A DNA stretch of 64,000 nt, taken from contig CAVVCZ010000002.1 of assembly GCA_963746845.1 (NCBI GenBank), forward strand, positions 1 through 64,000. The letters run 5' to 3'. Origin of the DNA: an uncultured Chloroflexia bacterium. Lineage in GTDB: Bacteria > Chloroflexota > Limnocylindria > Limnocylindrales > CSP1-4. Shown here piece by piece: positions 49,923 through 58,684 of this stretch; position 1 is the first letter of the stretch, and each line of letters opens with the position of its first letter. The position numbers were made by a program, and so were the translations under genes. The notes under the pieces were generated by a model. That model ran no database searches. It worked only from the letters and a program-made list of their open reading frames with translations, and was not told where the DNA came from.

Positions 49923-51410
49923 TCAGTGGCGCGTCGGCCGGAAGTTGGTCGCGAAGGTTGCCAGCAGCCGCGTCCCGAACGCGGTGGCGCCGGTCGGCCG
50001 CCAGCCGTCGTCACGGTCGACGACCATCGGACCGCAGATGTCGAGATGACCGAAGGGGGTCCCGTCGACGAAGTCCTCGAGGAACAGCCCCGCGGTGATC
50101 GTCCCGGCGTCGATCCCACCCATGTTCTTGATGTTCGCGATCTTCGAATCGAGCTGCGGCCGGTAGCGCCGGACGAGCGGCAGCTCCCAGAGCGGCTCGT
50201 CCGTCGCCGCCCCCGCGGTCCGGAGCTGGGTGACGAGCTCCGGGTCGTTGCCGAGCACGGGCGCGAGCGCCGACCCGAACGTCCGCATCGCGGCGCCGGT
50301 CAACGTGGCAATCGTGACGATGGCGTCCGCCCCGTCCTCCACGGCGAGCGCCAGGCCGTCGGCCATCACGAGGCGGCCTTCGGCATCGGCGTTCACGACC
50401 TCGACCGTCTTGCCGCCGCGGATCGTCAGCACGTCGCCGAGCCGGGTCGCGGTGCCGGACGGCATGTTGTCCGTGCACATCAGGAACCCCTCGACGGTTG
50501 CCTTGCAGCCGAGGTCGCGCAGGGTGAGCATCGCGCCGAAGATCGCGGCGGCGCCGGACATGTCCAGCTTCATCAGCGCGTGCATCGCGTCCGACGGCTT
50601 GAGGCTGATCCCGCCCGAGTCGTACATGATCCCCTTGCCGACGAGGGCGAGGAGCCCGGTGGACTTGCCGGACGGCCGCCATGTCAGCTTGATCAGGCGC
50701 GCCTCCTCGCCACTGCCGGAGTTGACGCCGAGCAGCCCGCCACAGCCCATCTCGACGAGCTGAGCCTGATCGAACACCTCGACCGCGAGACCGGCGGATG
50801 GCCCGATCTCCTCCGCGACATCGGCGAACCTCGTCGCCGTCAGGTGGGTCGCTGGTGCGTTGCACAGGTCGCGGGCGGCGTTCGTCGCGCGGGCCAGCAC
50901 GAGGCCCCTTGCTGCCCCGCCGCGGACGGCCCTGGCCGCCGCGGCATCGACCACCAGCGTCACGCTCGCGAGCGGGATGTCGGCCGCGCGGTCCTGGAAC
51001 TCGCGATAGCGGTAGCGCGCCAGGACCATGCCCTCGACGGCCGCCTGCCCGAGCTCGGCGGCATCGACGCCCTTGATCGAGCGGAGGTCCAGGACGGGGT
51101 CCGCGTGGCGATGGCCGCGCAGGGCGAACCACGCGGCTGCGTCGCGGACCGACGCCGGGCCGATGCCCGCGGTTGGACCCAGACCCGTCTCGATGACGAG
51201 CGGCCCCGTGACCTGCGGCAGGACCAGGGTCTCGCCGACCCCGGCGGCGAAGTCGGACGCCTCGAGCGTGGCCCGGTCGAACCCGACCCGCTCGGGAACC
51301 GCGCCGTCAGCAGGGACGGGGATGCCGATGACGGTCGCGCCGTCCGGGAGGTCGGAGACGACGCGCACGTCGATCGGGTCTGCGCGCCACGATGGGATCG
51401 GTTCGAACAC
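49923..51410 (-). CDS. Leucyl aminopeptidase (M17)
   Basis: VGKGIMYDSGG, MKLDMSGAA, NADAEGRL, IATLTG, HLDI; GTG 51410 after GGAGG. Confidence 0.95.
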   Translation of the reverse strand: MFEPIPSWRADPIDVRVVSDLPDGATVIGIPVPADGAVPERVGFDRATLEASDFAAGVGETLVLPQVTGPLVIETGLGPTAGIGPASVRDAAAWFALRGHRHADPVLDLRSIKGVDAAELGQAAVEGMVLARYRYREFQDRAADIPLASVTLVVDAAAARAVRGGAARGLVLARATNAARDLCNAPATHLTATRFADVAEEIGPSAGLAVEVFDQAQLVEMGCGGLLGVNSGSGEEARLIKLTWRPSGKSTGLLALVGKGIMYDSGGISLKPSDAMHALMKLDMSGAAAIFGAMLTLRDLGCKATVEGFLMCTDNMPSGTATRLGDVLTIRGGKTVEVVNADAEGRLVMADGLALAVEDGADAIVTIATLTGAAMRTFGSALAPVLGNDPELVTQLRTAGAATDEPLWELPLVRRYRPQLDSKIANIKNMGGIDAGTITAGLFLEDFVDGTPFGHLDICGPMVVDRDDGWRPTGATAFGTRLLATFATNFRPTRH

Positions 51411-51581
51411 CGCCGCCGCCTCCGTCCTCGTGACTCCCCAACGGCCGAGACCGGGACAGACCTCGGGGCCGCCACGATACGTTCTCAGCGCAGGCGTTTC
51501 ACAGGGCGCCGACACTCCGAGCCGGGCGCGCGGACACGCCAGCGAGGCTCGACCGATCCGGTGCCGACCCGGACACGAAGA

Positions 51582-51613
51582 GGGCGGGTCCCGCGATCGC
51601 GCGGGACCCGCCC
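51582..51613 (-). terminator. Intrinsic terminator
   Basis: Perfect 14-bp stem gggcgggtcccgcg-atcg-cgcgggacccgccc, followed by TCTTC on the minus strand, just after stop 51636. Confidence 0.75.
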
Positions 51614-51635
51614 GGTCTCTGATGACGCGATGGCG

Positions 51636-52040
51636 TCAGGCCGTGGCTGCGGTGCCCTCGTCGAAGGCCGCCTTGACCTCCGGCGTGCTCAGGTACCAGA
51701 GGATCAGCACCGGCATGATCGCCATGCCGAAGCCGACACCGGAGCCCGGGCCGCTGAAGAAGGCGAGGACCGCCTCGAACAGGCTGAAGCCGGCGACGAT
51801 CAGCGCGAACGTCCGGGCCCACGCCTGGAGCGCCCAGAGGCCGAACGCGACGAGGATCCAGATGATCCCGGCGCCGATCGCGAGCCAGCCCCACAGGCCG
51901 ACATGCTCGTACTGCGGCAGGTCACCGAGCAGACCGAACCAGTCGAAGCCGAGGACCCGGAAGCCGAAGAACAGGTACGTGAACCCCGCGAGTGCGGAGA
52001 AGAATCCGATGACCGAGATGAGGATGGGTGGGTTCTTCAT
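51636..52040 (-). CDS. Small 4-TM membrane protein
   Basis: PPILISVI...GLWALQAWAR...YLSTPEVKAAF. Confidence 0.85.
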   Translation of the reverse strand: MKNPPILISVIGFFSALAGFTYLFFGFRVLGFDWFGLLGDLPQYEHVGLWGWLAIGAGIIWILVAFGLWALQAWARTFALIVAGFSLFEAVLAFFSGPGSGVGFGMAIMPVLILWYLSTPEVKAAFDEGTAATA

Positions 52041-52216
52041 GGGGGCAGGTCTCCATTGGGCAGGGAGATTGGTGGTCGGGGAGGCGATCGCTTCGGCTCA
52101 GACGATGCAGACACCCACGCTGGTTGGCCATGATGAGTTCGACACGGGTGAGTCTGCACGACCTCGTCAAGAGCGCGATGGTCGAACCCGTCTCCTCGCG
52201 CCGTGACGCTGCCCCG

Positions 52217-52462
52217 TCAGGCGATGGTCGGCTCGAGCGCGAGGGTCGGCACGTCGACGATGCGGGTCCGCGTGTGCGTCGGCGCGGCCAGGGCCGCGAT
52301 CAGGCGCCGGACGCGACCCTCCGGTCGATCGCCGAGCGAGGAGCATTCGAGCCAGATTGCGCCGTCATGAGCAACGGGCGTGGTGTGGCGGCCGCACGAG
52401 CAGAACGGCTCGGCGTCATTCGCCCGCTCGATCAGATCGACGATCTGTGTGTTGGTGGTCAT
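52217..52462 (-). CDS. Small Cys/His protein, putative metal-binding
   Basis: GGGGAG RBS; FCSCGRH..WLECS..HTR. Confidence 0.7.
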   Translation of the reverse strand: MTTNTQIVDLIERANDAEPFCSCGRHTTPVAHDGAIWLECSSLGDRPEGRVRRLIAALAAPTHTRTRIVDVPTLALEPTIA

Positions 52463-52481
52463 CGGGGACTCCCCAGAACGA

Positions 52482-52541
52482 GATACGGTACGTTCCGTAT
52501 CCTACGTGCTGAGACGGGGTCAATGCAAGACGCTCCGTATC
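52482..52541. promoter_or_regulatory. Candidate TetR operator
   Basis: GATACGG-tacgtt-CCGTATC (52482-52501) and a second ccgtatc half-site (52535-52541) in the divergent gap. Confidence 0.7.
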
Positions 52542-52555
52542 GTTATGATCGTGTG

Positions 52556-53185
52556 ATGACCGAGACCATCGCCCGCCGGGGCCGCCCGCGCAGCGACGAG
52601 GTCCATCGACGCATCCTCGACGCCGCCCGCGAGCTCCTGATCGAGGACGGCTTCGCCGACCTCCGCCTGGAGCATGTCGCGACGCGCGCCGGCGTCGGCA
52701 AGGCCACGATCTATCGGCGGTGGGACTCGAAGGAGGCGCTCGCCGGAGAGCTGCTGTCCGAGCTCGCCGGGCCGCACATCGCGATCCCCGACCGCGGCGA
52801 CACGCGAGCCGAGCTCCTGGCGGCCGTCGCCAACCCGATGTACGCGGTGACCGAGACCCCGTTCGGGCCCGTGATCCGGGCCCTGCTGTCGCAGATCGCC
52901 GTCAACCCGCGGCTGGGCGATCCATTCCGGGCGTCCGTGGTGCAGGCCCGGCGCGACGAGATCGCGCGCGTCATCCGACGCGGCATCGCGCGGGGTGACC
53001 TGCGACCCGACGCCGACATCGACCTGGCGACCGAGCTCCTCGCGGGCCCCGTCTACTTCCGGCTGATGTTCGGCGGCACGCTCAACGACGACTTCGCGAA
53101 GCGGCTCATCGACACGGTGCTGCGTGGGTTCCGTCAGGTGCCGGCGGCGAATGACGCCAGCCGATCGGCGGACGGGATCACGTAG
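52556..53185 (+). CDS. TetR/AcrR family regulator
   Basis: RGRPRS..RILDAARELL..VATRAGVGKATIYRRWDSKE. Confidence 0.95.
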   Translation: MTETIARRGRPRSDEVHRRILDAARELLIEDGFADLRLEHVATRAGVGKATIYRRWDSKEALAGELLSELAGPHIAIPDRGDTRAELLAAVANPMYAVTETPFGPVIRALLSQIAVNPRLGDPFRASVVQARRDEIARVIRRGIARGDLRPDADIDLATELLAGPVYFRLMFGGTLNDDFAKRLIDTVLRGFRQVPAANDASRSADGIT

Positions 53186-54027
53186 TAGGCGCCGGTCAGG
53201 GCGTGGGTCACCGTCGTCAGCCGATCGGCCGGCCCGTCCCCGGCCCCGATCATGCTTTCGAGCATGGCCCGCAGGATCCGCTGGTCGCCGCAGAAGCCGA
53301 CGAAGATCGTCCCGTGGCTGGACAGCGTGCCGTACGCGATGTTCCGCCGGAAGATCCTGCCGAACGCATCCTGGTCGGTCCGGGCGACATGCGAGGTCGG
53401 CGGCCGCGGGTCCAGCTCGACGCTGTCGGGCTTGCTCCGGCCGATGATCTCCTCCTGTGCCGTGACCGGCAGGCCCTCCCACGCCGCCGCGTCGTGCTCC
53501 CATTGCTGGAGCAGGAGGATCGAGCCGCCTTCCCCGGACTGGCGGGGCGGGATCAGCGCCACGCTCGTCGCCTCGATCAGCGTCGGGTTCTCCGTGCCGT
53601 CGATGAACCCCGTCAGGTCGAGGTCGTGGTGGTACGGCCAGCCGACCATCTCGTGCGCAAGCTCGGCCGCCCCGGCCAGTGCCGTCACGACCGCCCGCGA
53701 CAGGTCGAACACGACGTCGTAGCCCGAGCCCGTGAGCCAGATCACGACGTCGTGCTGGGTCGCCGGCAGGACCGATCCGGCGGGCCCGACGAGCGGCTCG
53801 TTGAACCCCGTGGCCCCGGCCGGCGCGGCATCCGGGGCAACCGCCGCCCACAGCTCCGGGCGGAACCCGGCGACGAGGTTCACGCCGCCGATCGTCGTCC
53901 GCGGCTCGCGCAGCGACGCCACGCGGGCGGCCGCGATCGCGGGATCGGTGCCGGCCACCAGGTCGAGCTCCAGGTAGGCATGAGACGCCGTGCCGAGCGC
54001 GAAGATGCCGGTCTGCGGTGACGCCAT
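53134..54027 (-). CDS. Dyp-type peroxidase
   Basis: PATQHD, DLTGFIDGTENP, IGRSK, SHVART, IFRRNIAYG. Confidence 0.93.
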   Translation of the reverse strand: MASPQTGIFALGTASHAYLELDLVAGTDPAIAAARVASLREPRTTIGGVNLVAGFRPELWAAVAPDAAPAGATGFNEPLVGPAGSVLPATQHDVVIWLTGSGYDVVFDLSRAVVTALAGAAELAHEMVGWPYHHDLDLTGFIDGTENPTLIEATSVALIPPRQSGEGGSILLLQQWEHDAAAWEGLPVTAQEEIIGRSKPDSVELDPRPPTSHVARTDQDAFGRIFRRNIAYGTLSSHGTIFVGFCGDQRILRAMLESMIGAGDGPADRLTTVTHALTGAYYVIPSADRLASFAAGT

Positions 54028-54124
54028 CGGTGTGCTGCCTCCCCCGAGTGGTGCTCGGACGGCCGTCGCCGGCACGCTCGAGACGAGTGTAGGCCGGGCC
54101 CGCGGGCGCGATAATCTCGTGATC

Positions 54125-54634
54125 GTGAACCAGGCCCGACCCGACGACCCACCCTCCAGCGAGCCGCCCGCGCCGCCCGCCGGGCACCCGTACGCCGCCG
54201 AGATCGAGGCCGAGCGACGCGGCTGGTACGAGATGGTCGAGAGCGTCCGCGCCCTCACGCCCCAGGAGTGCCTCGTCCCCGGCTACTACCGCGATCCGGA
54301 CTGGACCGTGCGCGACGTCGTCGCCCACCTCGGCACGTGGCTGGCCGAGGCCGCGCTCCAGCTCCAGCGAATGAGCGCGGGGACGTATACCGGGCACGAC
54401 GTGGACGTCGATGCGCTCAACGCCGCGTTCCTCAAGGCGATGGCCGGCCAGCCGTGGGACGTGGCCTGGGTCCTCGCGAACTCCGGTCGCAGCCGGATGA
54501 TGGACGAGTGGTATCGGCTAGAGGCGCCGAACGACGAGGCGGCGTGGTGGATCCGGAAGGCGGGCCCCGACCATTACGCGCAGCACGTGCCGCGACTCGG
54601 CGAGTGGGCCGCGGAGCTGATCGCCCGGCGATAG
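54125..54634 (+). CDS. DinB / maleylpyruvate-isomerase N-terminal-like protein
   Basis: WTVRDVVAHLGTW...HYAQH; start uncertain. Confidence 0.8.
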   Translation: MNQARPDDPPSSEPPAPPAGHPYAAEIEAERRGWYEMVESVRALTPQECLVPGYYRDPDWTVRDVVAHLGTWLAEAALQLQRMSAGTYTGHDVDVDALNAAFLKAMAGQPWDVAWVLANSGRSRMMDEWYRLEAPNDEAAWWIRKAGPDHYAQHVPRLGEWAAELIARR

Positions 54635-55290
54635 ACCGGCGGCCCCTCGAGCAGCTCGCGGAGGTGGCCCAGCGCCCGCCTCGTTCGGGTCTTGACGGTG
54701 CCGATCGGCCAGCCCAGCCGGGCCGCGATCTCGGACTGGGACAACCCGCCCGCGTAGGCGAGCTCGATCACTGATCGCTCGACCGGGGCCAGCGCGGCCA
54801 GCGCGTCCTGGATCGATGCCCGGATCTCCATGCCGGACACCACCTCCTCCGGGCTCGGCTCCGGGCCGCCCGCAGCGATCAGGTCGCCGGCCGTCGTGAG
54901 CCATTCGGCGGTCGAGCTGTCATCGGTCTCGACCTGCGCGAACGAGGAGAACGTGATCGCGCGGTCGTGGCGGGCCGCGGACCGGAGGCGATCGATCGCG
55001 CGGTTCCGGGCGATCGTGATCAGCCAGGTTGCCAGCGCACCGCGGGACGGGTCGAACAGCTCCGCCCGGTTCCACAGGGCGAGGAACGTCTCCTGGACGA
55101 CCTCCGCGGCGACGCCATGGTCGCCGGCCGTGCGCATCGCCGCGGCGAAGACCGCCCGGTTGTGCCGGTCGTACAGGGCGGCGAGCGCCGCCTCGGACCC
55201 GCCGATCATCCGGCGCAGGAGCTCGGCGTCCGACGTCGGCTCGTCGGTCGGTTCTGGTGTCGCCTGGAGCGAGGCGATCTGAAGGGCCAT
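54574..55290 (-). CDS. ECF sigma factor (SigK-like)
   Basis: [52 protein letters not shown]. Confidence 0.95.
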   Translation of the reverse strand: MALQIASLQATPEPTDEPTSDAELLRRMIGGSEAALAALYDRHNRAVFAAAMRTAGDHGVAAEVVQETFLALWNRAELFDPSRGALATWLITIARNRAIDRLRSAARHDRAITFSSFAQVETDDSSTAEWLTTAGDLIAAGGPEPSPEEVVSGMEIRASIQDALAALAPVERSVIELAYAGGLSQSEIAARLGWPIGTVKTRTRRALGHLRELLEGPPVYRRAISSAAHSPSRGTCCA

Positions 55291-55328
55291 GGCGTCCCCC
55301 TGGACTAGTCTGTAAACTGTCGCGTAAG

Positions 55329-55367
55329 TCTCTCGCGAGAGAGATACTAATGTCAAGAACAATCTTG
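55329..55367. promoter_or_regulatory. Candidate MarR operator(s)
   Basis: Perfect 14-bp palindrome TCTCTCGCGAGAGA (55329-55342) and CAAGA-N4-TCTTG (55354-55367) in an AT-rich divergent gap. Confidence 0.65.
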
Positions 55368-55382
55368 CGCTAGCATGTGGAC

Positions 55383-55883
55383 ATGGCTGCTGATGACACG
55401 ACCGATCGGATGCTCACGGGCTGGGACCGGGCCCGACCGGACCTCGAGGTCGGGGCCCTCCAGGTGACGGCCCGCCTCAGCCGGATCGGCCCGCATCTCG
55501 CGAGGCGACAGGAAGCGGTCTTCGGCCGGTTCGGCCTGAACCGCGGCGAGGTTGGCCTGCTCAGTGCGCTCCGCATTGCCGGCCCGACCCATCAGCTGTC
55601 GCCGACCCGCCTCGCCCGCGGGTTGATGCTGTCGTCGGCGGGCGTCACGAGCCGGATCGATCGCCTGGAGCGGCGCGGGTTCGTTCGGCGTCTGGACGAT
55701 CCGAACGATCGGCGTGGCGTGATCATCGAGCTGACGGACGACGGGCTGGCGGCCGTTGATGCCGCGGTCGCGGCCAACTCGGAGAGCGACCGCCAGCTGA
55801 TGGAGCGGCTCGAGCCCGGGGAGATCGCCCAGCTCGAGAGCCTGCTGCGGAAGCTGATGACCGGCCTCGAGCTCCCCGAATAG
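55383..55883 (+). CDS. MarR family regulator
   Basis: LSPTRLA..SSAGVTSRIDRLERRGFV..DRRGVIIELT. Confidence 0.95.
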   Translation: MAADDTTDRMLTGWDRARPDLEVGALQVTARLSRIGPHLARRQEAVFGRFGLNRGEVGLLSALRIAGPTHQLSPTRLARGLMLSSAGVTSRIDRLERRGFVRRLDDPNDRRGVIIELTDDGLAAVDAAVAANSESDRQLMERLEPGEIAQLESLLRKLMTGLELPE

Positions 55884-55985
55884 CCTCGCCGGGAGCGACC
55901 GGCCCGGATTCGATCTCGGCCGCGACGCTGACGACCTGCGGCCGTTCGATCTGAAGGTTCCGGCCCTCTGGCGTGTCATGTCATC

Positions 55986-56552
55986 GTGAGGCACACGTCA
56001 GAGGTCATCGACTTGGCAGATCGCCCGTCCGTGCTGACCGGCGAGGCCACCCCGCGGGCGGCCGCGTTCGTCCGCCTCGCGGACGATCACCTTGACGCCG
56101 CCTACCGCCTGGCCCGGGCGATCCTGCGCGACCCGGACGAGGCGCAGGATGCGACCCACGACGCGTTCGTCCAGGCATGGCAGAAGTGGGCGACCCTGCG
56201 CGATCCCTCCCGCTTCGAGCCCTGGTTCGATCGCATCCTCGTCAACACCTGCCGGAATCGCCTGCGGGCGTCGCGCCGGCTCACGACGGACATCTCGGCC
56301 GAGGTCGCCCTCGCCTCGGGCGATGCGATCGGTCCCGCCGACGACCGGGACCTGCTCGGCCACGCGATCGCGGAGCTCTCGCCGGACCAGCAGATCGTCG
56401 TGGCCCTGCGCTACTTCGGGGACCTCACGGTCGACACCATCGCGGATCGCCTGGGCATCCCGCCGGGCACGGTCCATTCCCGTCTGCACTACGCGCTCAA
56501 GCGGCTGCACGACGCCATCGACGACCCCGAGACGAAGGGAACGATCCGATGA
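55986..56552 (+). CDS. ECF sigma factor
   Basis: AYRLARAIL, AQDATHDAF, FEPWFDRILVN, LGIPPGTVHSRLH. Confidence 0.95.
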   Translation: MRHTSEVIDLADRPSVLTGEATPRAAAFVRLADDHLDAAYRLARAILRDPDEAQDATHDAFVQAWQKWATLRDPSRFEPWFDRILVNTCRNRLRASRRLTTDISAEVALASGDAIGPADDRDLLGHAIAELSPDQQIVVALRYFGDLTVDTIADRLGIPPGTVHSRLHYALKRLHDAIDDPETKGTIR

Positions 56553-57880
56553 CCGACCAGGAGCTCGAGGGCCGCCTGCGGGCCTGGTACGGCGACGAGG
56601 TCGGTGTCGCGACGAAGGCCCCGGTCGAACTGCGGAACCGTCTGGCGGCGATCCCCACGACCCGGTCGGTCCGGGTGCGGCGCCCGGCCGGCCCACGCGG
56701 CATGGTGCTGCTGGCGGCCGCGCTGTTGCTGGGCGTCGGAGGCGCGATCGCGGTCGGCTCGGCCCTCGTCCGGCCGTCGGCTCCGCTGCCCTCGCCGTTG
56801 CCACTGGTCGCGCCGCCTCTGGTGACGGCGACGCCACCGCCCGAGGAGCCGTCCCCCTCGTCGACCCCCGCCCCGACCCCGACGTCGACGCCGGTCGCGC
56901 AAGGTCGGTGGTCGTTCGGAAGCGACATGCAGGACGGGCGATCGGGTGCGACGGCCACGCTTCTCCGGGACGGCAGGGTACTGGTGGCCGGGGGCCAGAC
57001 CGACGTCGTGTATTCGAAGACGGCGGAGCTGTACGACCCGGCCACCGATCGGTGGACCCAGACGGGCCCGATGCACGATGGACGCCGAGGGCACCTCGCC
57101 GTGCTCCTGTCGGACGGGCGCGTCCTCGTTGCCGGAGGCTGGAACCTCGGGACGGGACAGGCGTTCGCCTCGGCAGAGCTGTACGACCCGGCCAGCGGCA
57201 CCTGGACCAAGACCGGCAGCATGACCCGCTGGCGGTATGGAGCGAAGGCCACCCTCCTGACCGACGGTCGGGTGCTCGTGGTCGGCGGCTTGATCAGCGG
57301 CGGCGGCGTGACGAAGGGCGCGGAGGTCTACGACCCGAGCACCGGGACGTGGAGCTACACCGCCAACATGCGGTCCGCGCCCCTCACCGCGACCCTTCTG
57401 CCCGACGGCATGGTGCTGGTCAACCATGCCGGGCAGGTGCCTCCCGAGCTGTATGACCCCGTGAGCGGGAGCTGGACGGACGCGGCACTGCCTGACCACG
57501 CCACCGCGCCCGCGGACGGCCGGGTGCTTGTCCTGAGCGAGGCGACGCTGCTCGCGGACGGCCGGGTGCTGCTGTTGAGCGTCACCGGAGACGCGTTCTA
57601 CGCGGCCGAGCTGTACGACCCCGGCAGCGACACGTGGGCTTCGACCGCTCTTCCCCCGGTGGGCCGCGGCCCGGCGACGCTCCTGGCCGACGGCTCGGTC
57701 CTGGTCGTCGGCCGCGACGGGTCAGCCAGGTATGACCCCGGAACTGGAACCTGGACCGCCGTAGCGGCGCCTCCTCAGCCGAGCTACTTCCAGGACGGCC
57801 TCGTCGTTCGGCTGCTGGACGGGAGGGTCCTCGCGGTTGAAAGCGGCATGACAGGGTTGTTTGACCCGACGGGCACCTGA
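56549..57880 (+). CDS. Putative anti-sigma factor with extracellular Kelch beta-propeller
   Basis: ATGA overlap with sigma; one TM; Pro/Thr linker; about 6 ATLLxDGRVLVxGG..ELYDP..W repeats. Confidence 0.85.
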   Translation: MTDQELEGRLRAWYGDEVGVATKAPVELRNRLAAIPTTRSVRVRRPAGPRGMVLLAAALLLGVGGAIAVGSALVRPSAPLPSPLPLVAPPLVTATPPPEEPSPSSTPAPTPTSTPVAQGRWSFGSDMQDGRSGATATLLRDGRVLVAGGQTDVVYSKTAELYDPATDRWTQTGPMHDGRRGHLAVLLSDGRVLVAGGWNLGTGQAFASAELYDPASGTWTKTGSMTRWRYGAKATLLTDGRVLVVGGLISGGGVTKGAEVYDPSTGTWSYTANMRSAPLTATLLPDGMVLVNHAGQVPPELYDPVSGSWTDAALPDHATAPADGRVLVLSEATLLADGRVLLLSVTGDAFYAAELYDPGSDTWASTALPPVGRGPATLLADGSVLVVGRDGSARYDPGTGTWTAVAAPPQPSYFQDGLVVRLLDGRVLAVESGMTGLFDPTGT

Positions 57881-58674
57881 TGAGCGTCGTCCGGGCGGCC
57901 ATTCCCACGATCATTGTCCTGGTTGTCGCCGTGTGGGGCTGCGGGGGCAACATCCCGGTGGCGTCGAGCCCCGCGTCCGAGATCCCCAAGCAGACGAACG
58001 CGCCTGTCGTGTCGCCAACGACATCGATTCATCCAACTGTCGTGCCGTCACCCAGCGGCGTCGCCGTGCTCGGTGTCAGTGGCAGCGGAACCTTCGGTCC
58101 GGGAACCTACGCGACGGCGTTCCAGCCGCCGCTGACCATCACGCTCGCCGACCGCACGGTCGCCGGGGCCAACGGGACGATCGCGTACGAGAGCATCGGC
58201 GAAGTCGATGTCAACGAGCCTGCCTGGGTGGATATCACCTTCGGCTTCGACAAGCCACGCCCGCACGGGCATGGGACGTGGTCGGCGGACTTCTTCATCA
58301 CTCGGATCGACAAGGTCCTCGACCCGAAGCGCTCGGCCACCCTGATCGACCCACCGAAGGATCTCGCGACCTGGATCTCGAAGCTCCCCGGCCTGAGGCT
58401 CACGGCTCCGGCCGCCGCCGTCGAGATCGGAGGCATCCGCGCGACGCAGCTCGACGTCGTCAGCGGTGCCGAGGAGGTCGCGATCGGACCGATCCCCGGC
58501 ATCACCGACCCGCCGGCGTTCGGGTTCGGCCCGCACCATCCAGCCCGGTTCGTCGTCGTCGATGTCGGCGGCCACGATGTGCTGATCCAGATCGGCGCGG
58601 ATGACGATGCCGCCCACTTCGAGCGGGCCGTGGAGGCGCTCCAGCCACTCGTGGACTCGATCGCCTGGCAGTGA
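57880..58674 (+). CDS. Putative lipoprotein
   Basis: TGATG coupling; hydrophobic leader ending VWG-C; Ser/Pro linker. Confidence 0.75.
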   Translation: MSVVRAAIPTIIVLVVAVWGCGGNIPVASSPASEIPKQTNAPVVSPTTSIHPTVVPSPSGVAVLGVSGSGTFGPGTYATAFQPPLTITLADRTVAGANGTIAYESIGEVDVNEPAWVDITFGFDKPRPHGHGTWSADFFITRIDKVLDPKRSATLIDPPKDLATWISKLPGLRLTAPAAAVEIGGIRATQLDVVSGAEEVAIGPIPGITDPPAFGFGPHHPARFVVVDVGGHDVLIQIGADDDAAHFERAVEALQPLVDSIAWQ

Positions 58675-58684
58675 CCCTTGAACG

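Noticed and set aside
10823-52040. Central block as a mobile genomic island
   Set aside because: No integrase, transposase, tRNA or flanking direct repeats, and no visible GC shift.
53134-54027. Dyp as encapsulin cargo
   Set aside because: No C-terminal GSLxIGSL-type targeting peptide and no encapsulin gene in the window.
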